Source: Giardia intestinalis
Lineage: Eukaryota
Assembly (NCBI GenBank): GCA_000002435.2
Contig: CM018793.1
Direction: 5' to 3' (one strand)
Length of the DNA: 64,000 nt
Shown: positions 41,440 through 51,500 of the stretch, piece by piece
Numbering within the stretch: position 1 is the first letter of the stretch
Layout of the letters: each line of letters begins with the position of its first letter
The notes under the pieces: model-generated
The model's input: the letters and a program-made list of their open reading frames with translations, nothing else
What the model was told of the DNA's origin: nothing
The model's database searches: none
Program-made: the position numbers and the translations under genes

Positions 41440-43950
41440 TGTCGCCGGCCGTGGCACCGGGGCGGTCTTCTGCTGTGCGGCCGCCCTTGGACATTGATCC
41501 GGGGGCTGGGAGCCTGGCGGGCCGCCACCCCTGGGCCAGCGGGTGTCCGGGCGAACCTCCCCACAGTCTGGAGCTGACGCCTGGGGAGCGGTAGCCGCTT
41601 GCACGGTGCCTGGCTCCTGGACGTGTTCCAGCTCATGGGCAAGCCTGAGATTCGTTGTTCTTGGTTCGACCGAGCCCCTGGGGGCACACAGACTCGAGGA
41701 GCCAGCAGTTTGAGCGACACAATGCGAGGGACCAGAGCGTCTCGGATCCATAGAGGGCGCCGCAGGTGGGCGCACAAGACCGACGTTGGTGCACTAGGTG
41801 TTATCATGGCGGGCTTCATGAATAGATGGGAAGCCACATGGAGCACCACAAGGTGAGAGGGTAAGCACTGTGTCCGTGTGTGAGGATGGCCTATGTCTAT
41901 CTCACGTAGCCGGGCTTCCTCCCGCAAAAACGGGTCATCAGGACGACGTCGACCTCTATGAGCCCGTCTGGATGACGCTGTGCCGTCCTGCGCTCAAGGT
42001 CCAGTTGCACGGAGCCATCCTCCTTAGTGCCTGCGTGGTGCTTGGTATCCACTCTTGTGAATGCGGAGCTCAACGGCTGCGCCGACACAGACTGAGCGTC
42101 TGTGGCGAGCCGAGCGGATTGATAGGCGGCTGGTCTGGGGAGGGTGTACAGGAGTGAAGCTAGTTGTTTCCTTGCACCTCAAAGCTAGCCAGGGCGCCGT
42201 CAGGTATGGCCCGGTGGGGGAGCCAGCGGCTAAGGCGTGCGTTGTGTTTGGTTCTGTGTGCTGTAGCTGAGGCCGCTGCCTGCGGGCAACATAGTGCCTA
42301 TCTTAGCGGCGGCCTCTTCCACTTTTGGGTGGTCGGGTGCTTTCCAAGGAGGTGGAGTCGAGCGTTCCGTTGGGTTCGGCGTATAGCTATTCTAGCAGGA
42401 TTAGTGCCTCACCTCCTGGTCTTGGCCCAGGCGCCGCGCGTCGGTGCGCCCACCTGCCCATCTGCTTGCCTCGGGCGCGGTGGAGCCACAGTGCAGAGCG
42501 TTAGGGGGAGGCGGCCACCCACATCTGCGCCTGGGCCCTCCTACCCCACGCCAGCCGTCTGCCCCGCCTGGTTCTCGCCGCTCGGGTCGACTGGTGCATC
42601 CACTCGCGCGGCGCCGCGGCGAAGCACACCGGCGGCGGGTCGCGTCTTTTCGGGCCTGTCTGACTTCTCGTCTAAACTATTTGGCGGACAGATTCCGAAT
42701 TGATTTTGATTCGGCCTCGGGTTGACCTGGTGTCCGGAAATAAAAAGCAGCGACCATGTCTGATGCCACCATTCCGACGCCGCCTCTGGAGCACCCCCCG
42801 AGGCCGCCCGGGATCTTCTCGAGGCTCCTCTGCATCGCTCGAGCCGTTCGAGCCCTCCCCCGCACCGTTCGAGCCGCGTTCCGCGCTGTGATGCGCCTGG
42901 ACCAGCTCACTGTCAGGTTCACGCTCGGCCAGGGGAGGGCTTGCCGCAAGGTCTCGGTTGTGCTCTCCCACGGGAGCCAGCCGAAGTAAACAGCGCCCAG
43001 GGCAGGCCGCGCAGGCTCTTGCCCTGCCCTCCGCAGAGGGGCTTGAGGAAAGGCCTTCCAGGCGCCCGCACGACACCTCGGTGCGACATACCGGCAGCGC
43101 CGGCGTCATTTTATTTTCCGGGAGAGATTCCGATTTGCAATGGTTTGGGTTTTTTGGAAGACGGCGCCGGGTCCCGGGGCGGCCCAGCGCGTGGCGCCGC
43201 GGCATCTCCGGCGGCCGAGAGGCTTGCGGGGGCGCGGGCCGCCGCTCCGACCCAGGGCGCAGGGCCAGCGGCGGCGGGGCAGAGTAGGGCCCGCGGGGCG
43301 GGAGTCCGGCCCAGAGTGTGGGATGGTTGTGGGTCTGCTTCGCCATCGTTGGTGCTGTCGTGGATTGGCCGATGCTCGGGCCCTCCCGGACCTGCGGGGT
43401 GCCTCGTGCGGTGACGATGGAGTCCTCCTTGATGTCGAAGGATGAAAGCCCCGTCGTAGTTGAGGCTGTGGAAGTGGACGAGCTGGGGCCTGTTAGCTAT
43501 TGCGAGCTTGACGAAGGCAGCCCGGACCACGGGGTGCTCCCTTGCACTGGACGGTTTACTCACCACTTAATGGAGGCACTGACCTGTGGCCACAGAGGTC
43601 CGCCACGAGATTGCCCAGAAGCAGCCAAGGTGTCTGTCAAGGGTCCGTGCGCATAAGCTTCACCGGCCTCTCTCAGAGTTTTTACTCTGTCCGTACTAAC
43701 GAGGGGGGACATAAAGAAGCTTATACTCAGGATATGGTTCGAATGGCTCCGGCTGCGAACCATACGTGGCCACTACAACAGGCCGGACCCCGGTGGGAAG
43801 TAGGCCGTCTAACATCGCCTTATCTCTGACGTCCTCCAAGCGAAGAAGCATGCGCGCAAAGCGGTGAGTACATGGGGAAGGGTCTGCCCAAGGCGCCCAC
43901 AGGGTGTTGCAGGGGCCTCTCCGGGAGGAAGGGCCGGAACCCTCCCCGCG
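41440..43950. other. Very GC-rich (about 65-70% GC) stretch of about 2.5 kb. It is apparently non-coding, has many overlapping stop-free ORFs on both strands, and contains repeat modules that recur inside the downstream element.
   Basis: Abrupt compositional change. ORFs overlap on all frames, which is the GC-rich artefact pattern. There is internal dyad symmetry (ccaaggaggtgg...cctcacctcctgg near 42340-42420). Modules are shared with 52468-52610. Confidence 0.5.
43064..43123 (+). repeat. Repeat module A (gcccgcacgacaccNNNgtgcgacatac...T-run...gggag). A second copy lies at 52468..52546.
   Basis: About 70% identity over about 60-80 bp, with the same ordered sub-blocks. Alignment was by eye. 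Confidence 0.5.
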
Positions 43951-43952
43951 CG

Positions 43953-43999
43953 CGTATATCTAGGGATATAGGGGTATATAGTATAGGTATAGGGACAGG
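43953..43999 (+). repeat. Left boundary motif: degenerate TAGGG-type units (cgtatatcTAGGGataTAGGGGtatatagtaTAGGtaTAGGGacagg).
   Basis: Shares an 18-bp identical core (gggatataggggtatata) and about 45 bp of overall similarity with 63457..63507, in direct orientation. Confidence 0.6.
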
Positions 44000-44039
44000 A
44001 CTATAATAGTTTATGTCAATATGGCGCAATATACTAATA

Positions 44040-44130
44040 AATGTGAAATGAACACAAGTGTTTTGTGCAATGGTCACAAACGAAATGTGAACTTAGCACA
44101 AAATAAATGTGCACTGGTCACAGCGCCTCA
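44040..44130 (+). repeat. Iteron-like cluster of 4 AAATGTG[A/C]A units, including two longer copies (tgtgcaatggtcacaaacg and tgtgcactggtcacagcg), just inside the left boundary.
   Basis: The units repeat at about 20-45 bp spacing. Coordinates are approximate. Confidence 0.35.
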
Positions 44131-44622
44131 AATAAAATGCTGGCAGACGTCGTGGGCTTCTCAGAGATCCCCCCTTGCCCTGTTATGGATTCAAATGGTA
44201 AACTAACTCTTCCCAAGCCGCTCGAGCACTATGTCTCGGCGGCGAAACTCTCCCCCCGCAGGCGCCACAAAGGCCGTGAGCTCCTCCAGGAGGCGCTAAA
44301 CAAGGCCTGGGACTCCAAAAAGGAGCTCCAGGACCAAATGTTCAAGCTCTCCGTAAGGGCCGACCGCGACAAGCAAGAGATCGCCGAGCTCAAGGAAAAG
44401 CTTCGCCAGAGCGAGAAGCTGGAGTCTCTCCTTGCGGAAACGAGGCGCAACAACGACTATCTCTCGCAAGCGCTCACGAGAGCTCAGGAGAGGGAAACGG
44501 AGCTCCTAAAGGAACTGGAGGCCGCTAAACAGCAAAATGCGCGCCTTAACGACATGCGCGAGAGCCAGGCGCTTTATACACGCGACCTAGAGGCGGTTCT
44601 CAATAAGATAATGAGTAAATGA
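44107..44622 (+). CDS. Small coiled-coil protein (171 aa).
   Basis: ORF with an A-rich initiator (aaataaaATG) and heptad-like E/K/L-rich sequence. Confidence 0.45.
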   Translation: MCTGHSASNKMLADVVGFSEIPPCPVMDSNGKLTLPKPLEHYVSAAKLSPRRRHKGRELLQEALNKAWDSKKELQDQMFKLSVRADRDKQEIAELKEKLRQSEKLESLLAETRRNNDYLSQALTRAQERETELLKELEAAKQQNARLNDMRESQALYTRDLEAVLNKIMSK

Positions 44623-44671
44623 TCCTAAATAGGCCTATATAGCTTGAATAAAGGAAATCAGGGCCGTTTAC

Positions 44672-45361
44672 TTAAAAATAGAGCTTTTGGGCTTTTATTG
44701 CCACCTTGCGGCAAAGGGGGCACTCTATCGGCCTTCCGCGGATCCTTGCTTGCTCATCGAGGACATTAGCGCATTGTTCGCAGTAGGCGGCATGTCCACA
44801 GGGCATTAGAACGTGCGTGCGCTCCCTGTCTAGGCAGATCACGCACGCAGGCATGGTTACCTTATCGGGCAGACTGCGGCGAAGCATAGGGCGTATTCCG
44901 GCTGCTCGGCGCTTATAGCGCGCACAGGCCTTGCGGACGCGGCTATTTTCCTTCATCAACGCGCTTATCTCGCCTGTGAGCTCGTCGATGCGTTCCTCGG
45001 CTGCGTCGGCGACGTCTGCGGCCGCTCTGTAGTCGAGGATGGCCTCCTCCAGCTCCCTGTTTAGCTTTTCGCACTGTGCGTAGTATGTCTTAAGGCGAGC
45101 CTCGTAGTTCTTATGGAGGATCTCCTGGTCGAATTTTGACGCTTTTAGTGTCTCTCGCAGCCTCTTCAGCTTGAGGCCGCGGTGCGAGGACTGGGCGATG
45201 GCGTGGCGCAAAAGCTGCTTATCGGTCATATCAAGGTCCAGCTCGCTTACCGTGGTAGACGAGCTGGAGACCTCTTCCGATGGAGCGGGGCATGAGGGTC
45301 GCGCAGGAAGGCCTGCAATGCCAGGAAAACTCCCTATAACGTCAAAGACAGGCGTAATCAT
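44672..45361 (-). CDS. Coiled-coil protein with a C-terminal C3HC4 RING finger of IAP-like type (CVICLDRERTHVLMPCGHAAYCEQCA....CPLCR).
   Basis: RING Cys/His spacing at the extreme C-terminus matches the IAP/XIAP-type RING pattern. Confidence 0.65.
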   Translation of the reverse strand: MITPVFDVIGSFPGIAGLPARPSCPAPSEEVSSSSTTVSELDLDMTDKQLLRHAIAQSSHRGLKLKRLRETLKASKFDQEILHKNYEARLKTYYAQCEKLNRELEEAILDYRAAADVADAAEERIDELTGEISALMKENSRVRKACARYKRRAAGIRPMLRRSLPDKVTMPACVICLDRERTHVLMPCGHAAYCEQCANVLDEQARIRGRPIECPLCRKVAIKAQKLYF

Positions 45362-45512
45362 CTAGACGGGTCTTTTTCTCAATATACAATTTCACTTTAA
45401 AATGCTTTGCCGGCGTATATTATAGTGTAACATAGCAAAGTAGTGTAAATAAGAAAAATGGCGCCAAGGACCTCATAGCGCCTGGAGGTTAAAGAAGTGT
45501 AAATCAGCTCAT

Positions 45513-45999
45513 TTACTCATCGCTTTCCTCCTGGAAGTCCTTCGGTATGAAGCCGTGCTTGTAATAGAAGTCTTCCAGGGCGAGGCAGGCCTCCAGGTGG
45601 TCGCGGGCGAGGTCGTGGCGTTGCTCCGAGCTGTAGACGATCCAATTGCCAAGCATGTCGCGCCGCTTGAAGATCTGGATCGCCTTCAGCTGGAGGAGCC
45701 CGTCCGCCGCGCTGAGAACGTCAGGAAGGAGCCTAGAAAAGAAGTTGCTGCACCGTTCTACGTATAGATCGATGAGCATCAGGCGGTTCTTGTTGATGCG
45801 GGCGATCTGGGCCGCCCGGAGCCCGTTGCGGCGGCGGAACGAGCTTTGGCGTAAACCCTTCCGCGGCACCCGTTCGGTCCGGAGGCGGTGGAGCTGCTTC
45901 GTGTACGCGCTGATCAGCTCCCAGAGGCGCCCCTGGGACTCTGCCGCGTCGCACACCAGGATGGCGGGAATGTGGCCGAAAGCTGGTAGGAACATTTGA
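45513..45999 (-). CDS. Hypothetical protein of about 162 aa.
   Basis: The ORF-track ORF 45513..46187 overlaps the start of the 46068 gene. The internal Met at 45999 is preceded by an A-rich initiator on the minus strand (aaaaagccttcaaATG). Stop in AGTAAAT. Confidence 0.4.
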
Positions 46000-46067
46000 A
46001 GGCTTTTTCTTTCGATTTGAGAATCGAATTTAAAGTGTTTGCAACATATACGCCGCACAAAAAATAA

Positions 46068-48542
46068 ATGACGACGAGCTACATCCAGAGCGGCGGCGCA
46101 AGCCTCGAAATCGACCCGCTGACCGGCGAACTCACGTACGAGGACTTCCTCAACGCCATTGAGAAGGCCGAGCTGGAGCCTATCCAACCACCCAAGATCG
46201 ACCTGGGGAGCCCGTATTCCATATTCGGCATTCCCCTTGTCGATCAGATGTTCTCAGACGTCCTCGAGAACATCGACCTCTTCAAACAGGACATCGACAA
46301 GTTCATCGACTACCTCAAACGGAAGATCAAGCTGACGATCAACTGGACTGTGGCGCTTGCCGGCGTCACAACGATCTCGGCGCTCATCGGCGTGATCACC
46401 AGGGAAATCACCAACGCCATCTTCAACATAAAGCGAAAGCAAGAGTGGGAGGACCTCAACGACCCGGACGCTAAGGCAGAGATGATCCCCCAGGCAGACA
46501 TAGAGGCCAAGGAGGAGATCAGCGAAATGAGCGGGGAGGACATCGAACCGCCAAGTCTAGGAGAGATCGAGGAGCCCGTGCTCGATGAAGAAGGGAACGA
46601 GATGTTAAACCCCGACGGCACAACAATGATGACAACCCGCATCGTAGAACTGCCGCGGGACATCTCGGACCAGTACGACCCGATCCCCGAGCCGGTCGAT
46701 CTCTCCGAGGAGCCTCTTACGCCCGAGCTGGCCGAAGAGATAGAGGAGAACGAGGGCGACATCACCCTAGACGTAATCAATAAGCTTATGATGGAGTTCG
46801 ACCCGCAGGGGGTCACCCACGAGCAGAACAACGAGTGGCTCATCGATAGAGGGGTCTACATCCTGCATATCCCCCATCTGTTCCTCAAAAGGGAATGCCT
46901 CCCAGGCGGAATAAGAGCCGGAATCATAAATGGCGCCTGCGGCATGATTAACGGCGTCGTCATGCCTGCCGTGGCGGAACGCTATTCGCGCACGTACAGG
47001 CGGAGAGTTCACGTCTGTCCCTACGAGGAATCCAAAACGCATGCAGACAAGGAGCAATCCCCGGGCGGCAACCTCATGAACGTCCACTGCTGCATGTGCT
47101 TTGAAAAGAAGCGTGTTCTTAAGAAGGGAGATCCCTTATGGGCCGCCAATGTCTGCACCTGCATGCCGCCCTGCGAGTGTCCGTGCCACGAACGCTCGAC
47201 GAGACACATAAGGTATCTGAAGAAGACCTGCAGATCGTTTGCTCAAGAGGCTCCGTTGACTGGCTGGTGGGTTGGTTCTGATTGTATGGGAGACAGTCAT
47301 AAAACATATGAAAAAGACGATTATAACTGTCGATTCTACCCTTATATCTGCTATGAAAATGAAACGTCCGAACGGATAACAGACAAGCCAGAAAGTCGGT
47401 TTAATGTAATTCAGATCTGCCCGTTCTGCCAGATAATGTATGCCTACATCAATATCGTCGGAAAAGGCTACAAGCTCCACCGCTCCAACACAGAGGTCTA
47501 CATCTTCTTCACGAAGGGCGCCAACTCGACGCTGCTCCTCGGCGAGCCGGCGAAGTATTTGGTAACCGGCCCGGCGACCAACAAGACCTTCGACTATATC
47601 AATAAAAACGATAGCGCCTTCGACGACGCCATCTGGGGCCGTAAACCGTTATTCGAGTACCAGGGGCCTATCCAATGCAAGTGCTCCATTGGTCGCCCCA
47701 TATGCACGGCCGCCTTTAAGGGTAATGCCAACGAAGCACACACCAACCTCGTCACATATATAAAGGGCCACGCGCAGAAGATCAAGTACATCTACATGCC
47801 GGACTTCGAGGTGACGGGCGGCGATCCCTGGTGGTACAACGACCAGCACGACTACCAGTCGATCAAGGACCTCTGCATCTTCGACGGCATCCTCGAGCAC
47901 AAGGTCCCCGAGCACGTCTACCGCTTCTACGAGTACCGCCGGCTCCTCGACAAGACGTGGTTCCCGCGGCTCTACCAGGACATCTACAACCAGCTCACCA
48001 AGGACTATCCCGACATTCCCTCAGGCATGGACCATCCCACGGCCAAGAAGTGGAAGAACTGGAAGGCCTGGATGGCGATCGACAAGTTATTGAACGACCT
48101 CATCCCCATCCCGGAGATCTACCCGGAGCTCGCGGACAACCCGAATCCCCTCTTCGCGCGAAAGCCGGTGGGCTGGGAGCAGGCCAGTGAGTGGGGGACA
48201 GAGGCCGTGCCGTACTCGCTTCGCCTTCCCGAGGAACTCCAGCGCATTAAGGACTACCTCATACTGCTGGACAAATACTACCCGGGCTGGAGAGCGTTTC
48301 GCGATGAGCACGATCCGGGCTGGTGGAGCGACTTCTGGCGGCAGATCCCCGTCATCGACAAGGACGCGCGGACGACCATCTTCCTCTACAGCGACCTCCG
48401 GATCGACAGGTATAAATTCGAGATCACCGGGGAGCCCGAGTGGTGGCGCGACTTCTGGGGCCCCACGATCAAGGACAACCTCCCCGACCCCGAGAGACCC
48501 CGCTCGTACCAGGAGGTCCTCGAGGTCGTAAAGGATTACTAA
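46068..48542 (+). CDS. 824-aa predicted type-II or single-pass membrane protein with a large Cys-rich ectodomain.
   Basis: Hydrophobic segment WTVALAGVTTISALIGVIT about 90 aa from the N-terminus. This is followed by an acidic linker and a Cys-rich region (CMCFEKK...CTCMPPCECPCH...CPFCQ). High GC3. A-rich initiator aaaaataaATG. Confidence 0.6.
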   Translation: MTTSYIQSGGASLEIDPLTGELTYEDFLNAIEKAELEPIQPPKIDLGSPYSIFGIPLVDQMFSDVLENIDLFKQDIDKFIDYLKRKIKLTINWTVALAGVTTISALIGVITREITNAIFNIKRKQEWEDLNDPDAKAEMIPQADIEAKEEISEMSGEDIEPPSLGEIEEPVLDEEGNEMLNPDGTTMMTTRIVELPRDISDQYDPIPEPVDLSEEPLTPELAEEIEENEGDITLDVINKLMMEFDPQGVTHEQNNEWLIDRGVYILHIPHLFLKRECLPGGIRAGIINGACGMINGVVMPAVAERYSRTYRRRVHVCPYEESKTHADKEQSPGGNLMNVHCCMCFEKKRVLKKGDPLWAANVCTCMPPCECPCHERSTRHIRYLKKTCRSFAQEAPLTGWWVGSDCMGDSHKTYEKDDYNCRFYPYICYENETSERITDKPESRFNVIQICPFCQIMYAYINIVGKGYKLHRSNTEVYIFFTKGANSTLLLGEPAKYLVTGPATNKTFDYINKNDSAFDDAIWGRKPLFEYQGPIQCKCSIGRPICTAAFKGNANEAHTNLVTYIKGHAQKIKYIYMPDFEVTGGDPWWYNDQHDYQSIKDLCIFDGILEHKVPEHVYRFYEYRRLLDKTWFPRLYQDIYNQLTKDYPDIPSGMDHPTAKKWKNWKAWMAIDKLLNDLIPIPEIYPELADNPNPLFARKPVGWEQASEWGTEAVPYSLRLPEELQRIKDYLILLDKYYPGWRAFRDEHDPGWWSDFWRQIPVIDKDARTTIFLYSDLRIDRYKFEITGEPEWWRDFWGPTIKDNLPDPERPRSYQEVLEVVKDY

Positions 48543-48543
48543 T

Positions 48544-51500
48544 TCACAAGCTGTAGTTCTCGACCGAGCTCCTGGCCCAGTACCAGATCGCCACCCGCTG
48601 GCCGCCGCCAATCTTGCCGATGCTTTTATCATATGCAAAGCGTAGCGTGACGTTGATGTAGCTGTCATTGGAGTTGCCTTCGCGATAGTCGTTCCAGGCC
48701 ACGAAGACGCGGTCGTAGGACGTCACCCAGACGTCGTAGGGCACAATCGAGACGATGCAGTCGTTGCTCTTGCTGATGGCGTCGCTGGGGAGGCTGGACA
48801 TGGAGATCCGCATGAAGCCGTTGCCGTCCGTCGTCTGGCCGGGGATCCACTTCCGGACGAGGTACTGGTACTTCAGCTCTCGGCAGACATAGGTCAGCTT
48901 GTTTGACTGGGCGTTGAGCGTCGCGATGCTGTCCCGGTTCAGCCGGATCGAACTCTCAAAGCCGGAGACGGTCGACTCGAGCCTACTGAGCCTGCTCGAT
49001 GCGGAGCTCAGCGAGCCCTGGAGGTTGCTCACCGTGACTTTGAGGGAGGCGATCTGGTCCCGGTTCTGCCCAACGGACCTCTTGAGAGTCGTTACTTCGT
49101 CTGTCCATATGGCGATGGTATCTGCGTTGTTCTTGATCCTGGTCTCGTTAGCCCTAATTTTGCCTTCGCAATTGGCCACCCTTGTTGTAAGAGCTGATAG
49201 AGCGGTTTCTTGCGTCCTAGTCGTGTCCCAGAGCCCCCGTATGTTGCTCTCGGCGGCGTTGACCCGCGTCTCGAGGGCCGCATAGTCGGTTGTATTGCTC
49301 TTGAGGTCGTTTATGCTAGTCTTCATCTCAGAAATGTCGCTCTCGTTAGTCGCTATGCGCTCTTCATAACCAGCGAGTCGGCCAGACAGAGTGTTGTAAC
49401 GGTCCGATATCTCTGTAATAGTCACATTGAGTCTCTCGATGGTCGCCCGGTCCTCCTCCCTCTCCCTCTCGAGCGCTGCGACCCGGGCCGACAGACCTGA
49501 CACGTCCTGAATAACCGCAGAATCGTCCTTTGAACCCTCCTTGGACTCTAACGCATCGAGGCGCTCGGTAAGCCTTCTGATCAGCTCGTCTTGCGCCACA
49601 ATGCGCTCGGTGAGGAGCCTCCTCTGCTCGGCCGACCGCTCCTGCTCCTCTTCGATCTGGGCTTCCAAAGCATCGTTGCGGGCAGAGGTCAAACTGCTGA
49701 TGGCCTTAACCTGGTACTGCAGCTCCGCGACGAGCTCCCGCAGGTAGTTGTAGGCGCCCTCGAGCTCGGTCCGGATCCCGCTCATGTCTATGATGCCGCC
49801 GACCGGGTCTGTGAACGAGATCCCGTTCCGCTCGAAGAATTGGACAACGACTGTCATCAGGATCTCGATGCGGTTCCGGAAGTCCATGATGTCATTCTGG
49901 TTCTCGGTGAGTCTCTCGATCCGCTTGGCGTGGACCTTCGCCTCCTCCTGCAGCGCTTCGATGGCTACTTGGTCCTCTCCGGCGATGCTCTGAAGCACCT
50001 TGATGTGATTCTTCGCCCGGGCAGCCTCCAGATGCACGAGGGACACGTCCCGGTTGATGTGCGAGAACTCGTTCCAGATAAACTCGAAGCGGTAGAAGAG
50101 GTCGTCGGTCAGGAACTTGTAGATCCTCTTAAACTTGTAATCGTGCTCGTCGAGCCGGTTCTTCGCCTGGATCGCATAGGCAAGGCCTGTGGAGGCGACG
50201 GTCAGGATAGCCGCGTCCAAGGCATAGCCTACGGCCATGTTGATCACGTTGAGCTTCGATCCGATGCCGCCTGTGTTTCCGCCCTTGTTGATTTTGTCCT
50301 GGAGTTTCTTGTAGTCGTTGTCATCGGCCAAAAGCTTCGCCTTGAGGTACTTGACGGCCGCCTGGAGTTTCGTTATCTCGAGGTCGAGCTTCTTGTTGTT
50401 CCGCTCCAAATTCTGGATCTTGGTCTCGTGCTTCAGGGCCCGCTTGCCCAGATAACGCGTCTGGTGCGTGACACGGCCCTGCGAGAGCTTCTTGAGGTTC
50501 TTGATCTTCAGATAGCTGCCCCCGATCTTGTAATTGCCGCCGATGTGCTTGCGAAGTCCGTTGTCCTCGTCTCCGTCTTCGTCCTGGCCCTGCAGCTGGC
50601 GGTAGAGCCACATCGTCTGCTGGTTGACCGTGGCCGCCATGAAATCTGCCCGGGACACGCGGCCGTAGGGAGAAAGCTTCTGGTTGTTCCTGCCAGCCAG
50701 AGAGCCCCCGACCATCTCATAGAGGTACTGGATCTGCTGGAAGAGGGGCTGCTTGCGGAAGTCATCCTGGGAGATGGCGTTCCCTATGCCGATCTTGCCC
50801 TCCAATGCGTCAGGGATGAGATCGTTATCCCTGGTTTTCTTCTTCTTGAGCTTCCGAGGCTTCTTGGGCTTCTGCTCCTTCTTCTTCTTCTTGAGCAGCG
50901 CCTTCTGGTCCGCCATCGGTAAGAGCTCCTCTCGGAAGGCGTAGTTCCCCATCATCATCCACTGGAGGGCGACGATCTTCTGCACGATCGTGAGCCCCCG
51001 CATGTACTCGGACTTGTTCGTCGTGTCGCGCATGTACTCCTCGGGCTGGAAGTTGTTGTTAAAGCCGACGATCGGGGCCGCCTTCTTCATCGCCTTCGTG
51101 AGCTTCCCGCCGTTGAGGGCGATGTTGAAGATGCCCTTCGGCGTATTCTTGAAGCCGATGATCTCCTCCATGAACTTGACAAGAAATACCAGACACGGGC
51201 CCTTCAACGGAGACATCCCATCTAACATGTTTCCGTTGTAGTCTTTGATCTCGTAGTTGTGGGCATTGCAGTAGTACCGGAGAGCACTGGCCTTGTCTTT
51301 TTCGGTCATGAGCTGCGTCGCGCAATGGACGGTCTTCGGACCAAAATATCCCTGAAGACGATGAGTCAGATTTATGTTCAGATTGCTTCCCAAGAGAGCC
51401 CTCCGTTGATCGTCTCTCAAAGCATTACGCTCGCAGAACTCCTTGAGCACATTGAAGTAATACTCTGACGCAAAGCTAAGCTGATCGACGACCTTCTGAA

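Noticed and set aside
41166-43566. Many 60-250-aa ORFs on both strands in the GC-rich tract (for example 41166..41927, 42164..42703, 42672..43346, 43111..43566).
   Set aside because: They overlap each other in multiple frames, encode P/R/G/A-rich low-complexity peptides and lie in about 68% GC DNA where stop codons are rare by chance. I treat them as non-coding.
43720-43770. tRNA-like 'GGTTCGAAT' T-loop consensus.
   Set aside because: The flanking sequence does not fold into a cloverleaf (the loop between ggttcg and cgaacc is 14 nt, with no acceptor or anticodon arms). No credible tRNA was seen anywhere in the window.
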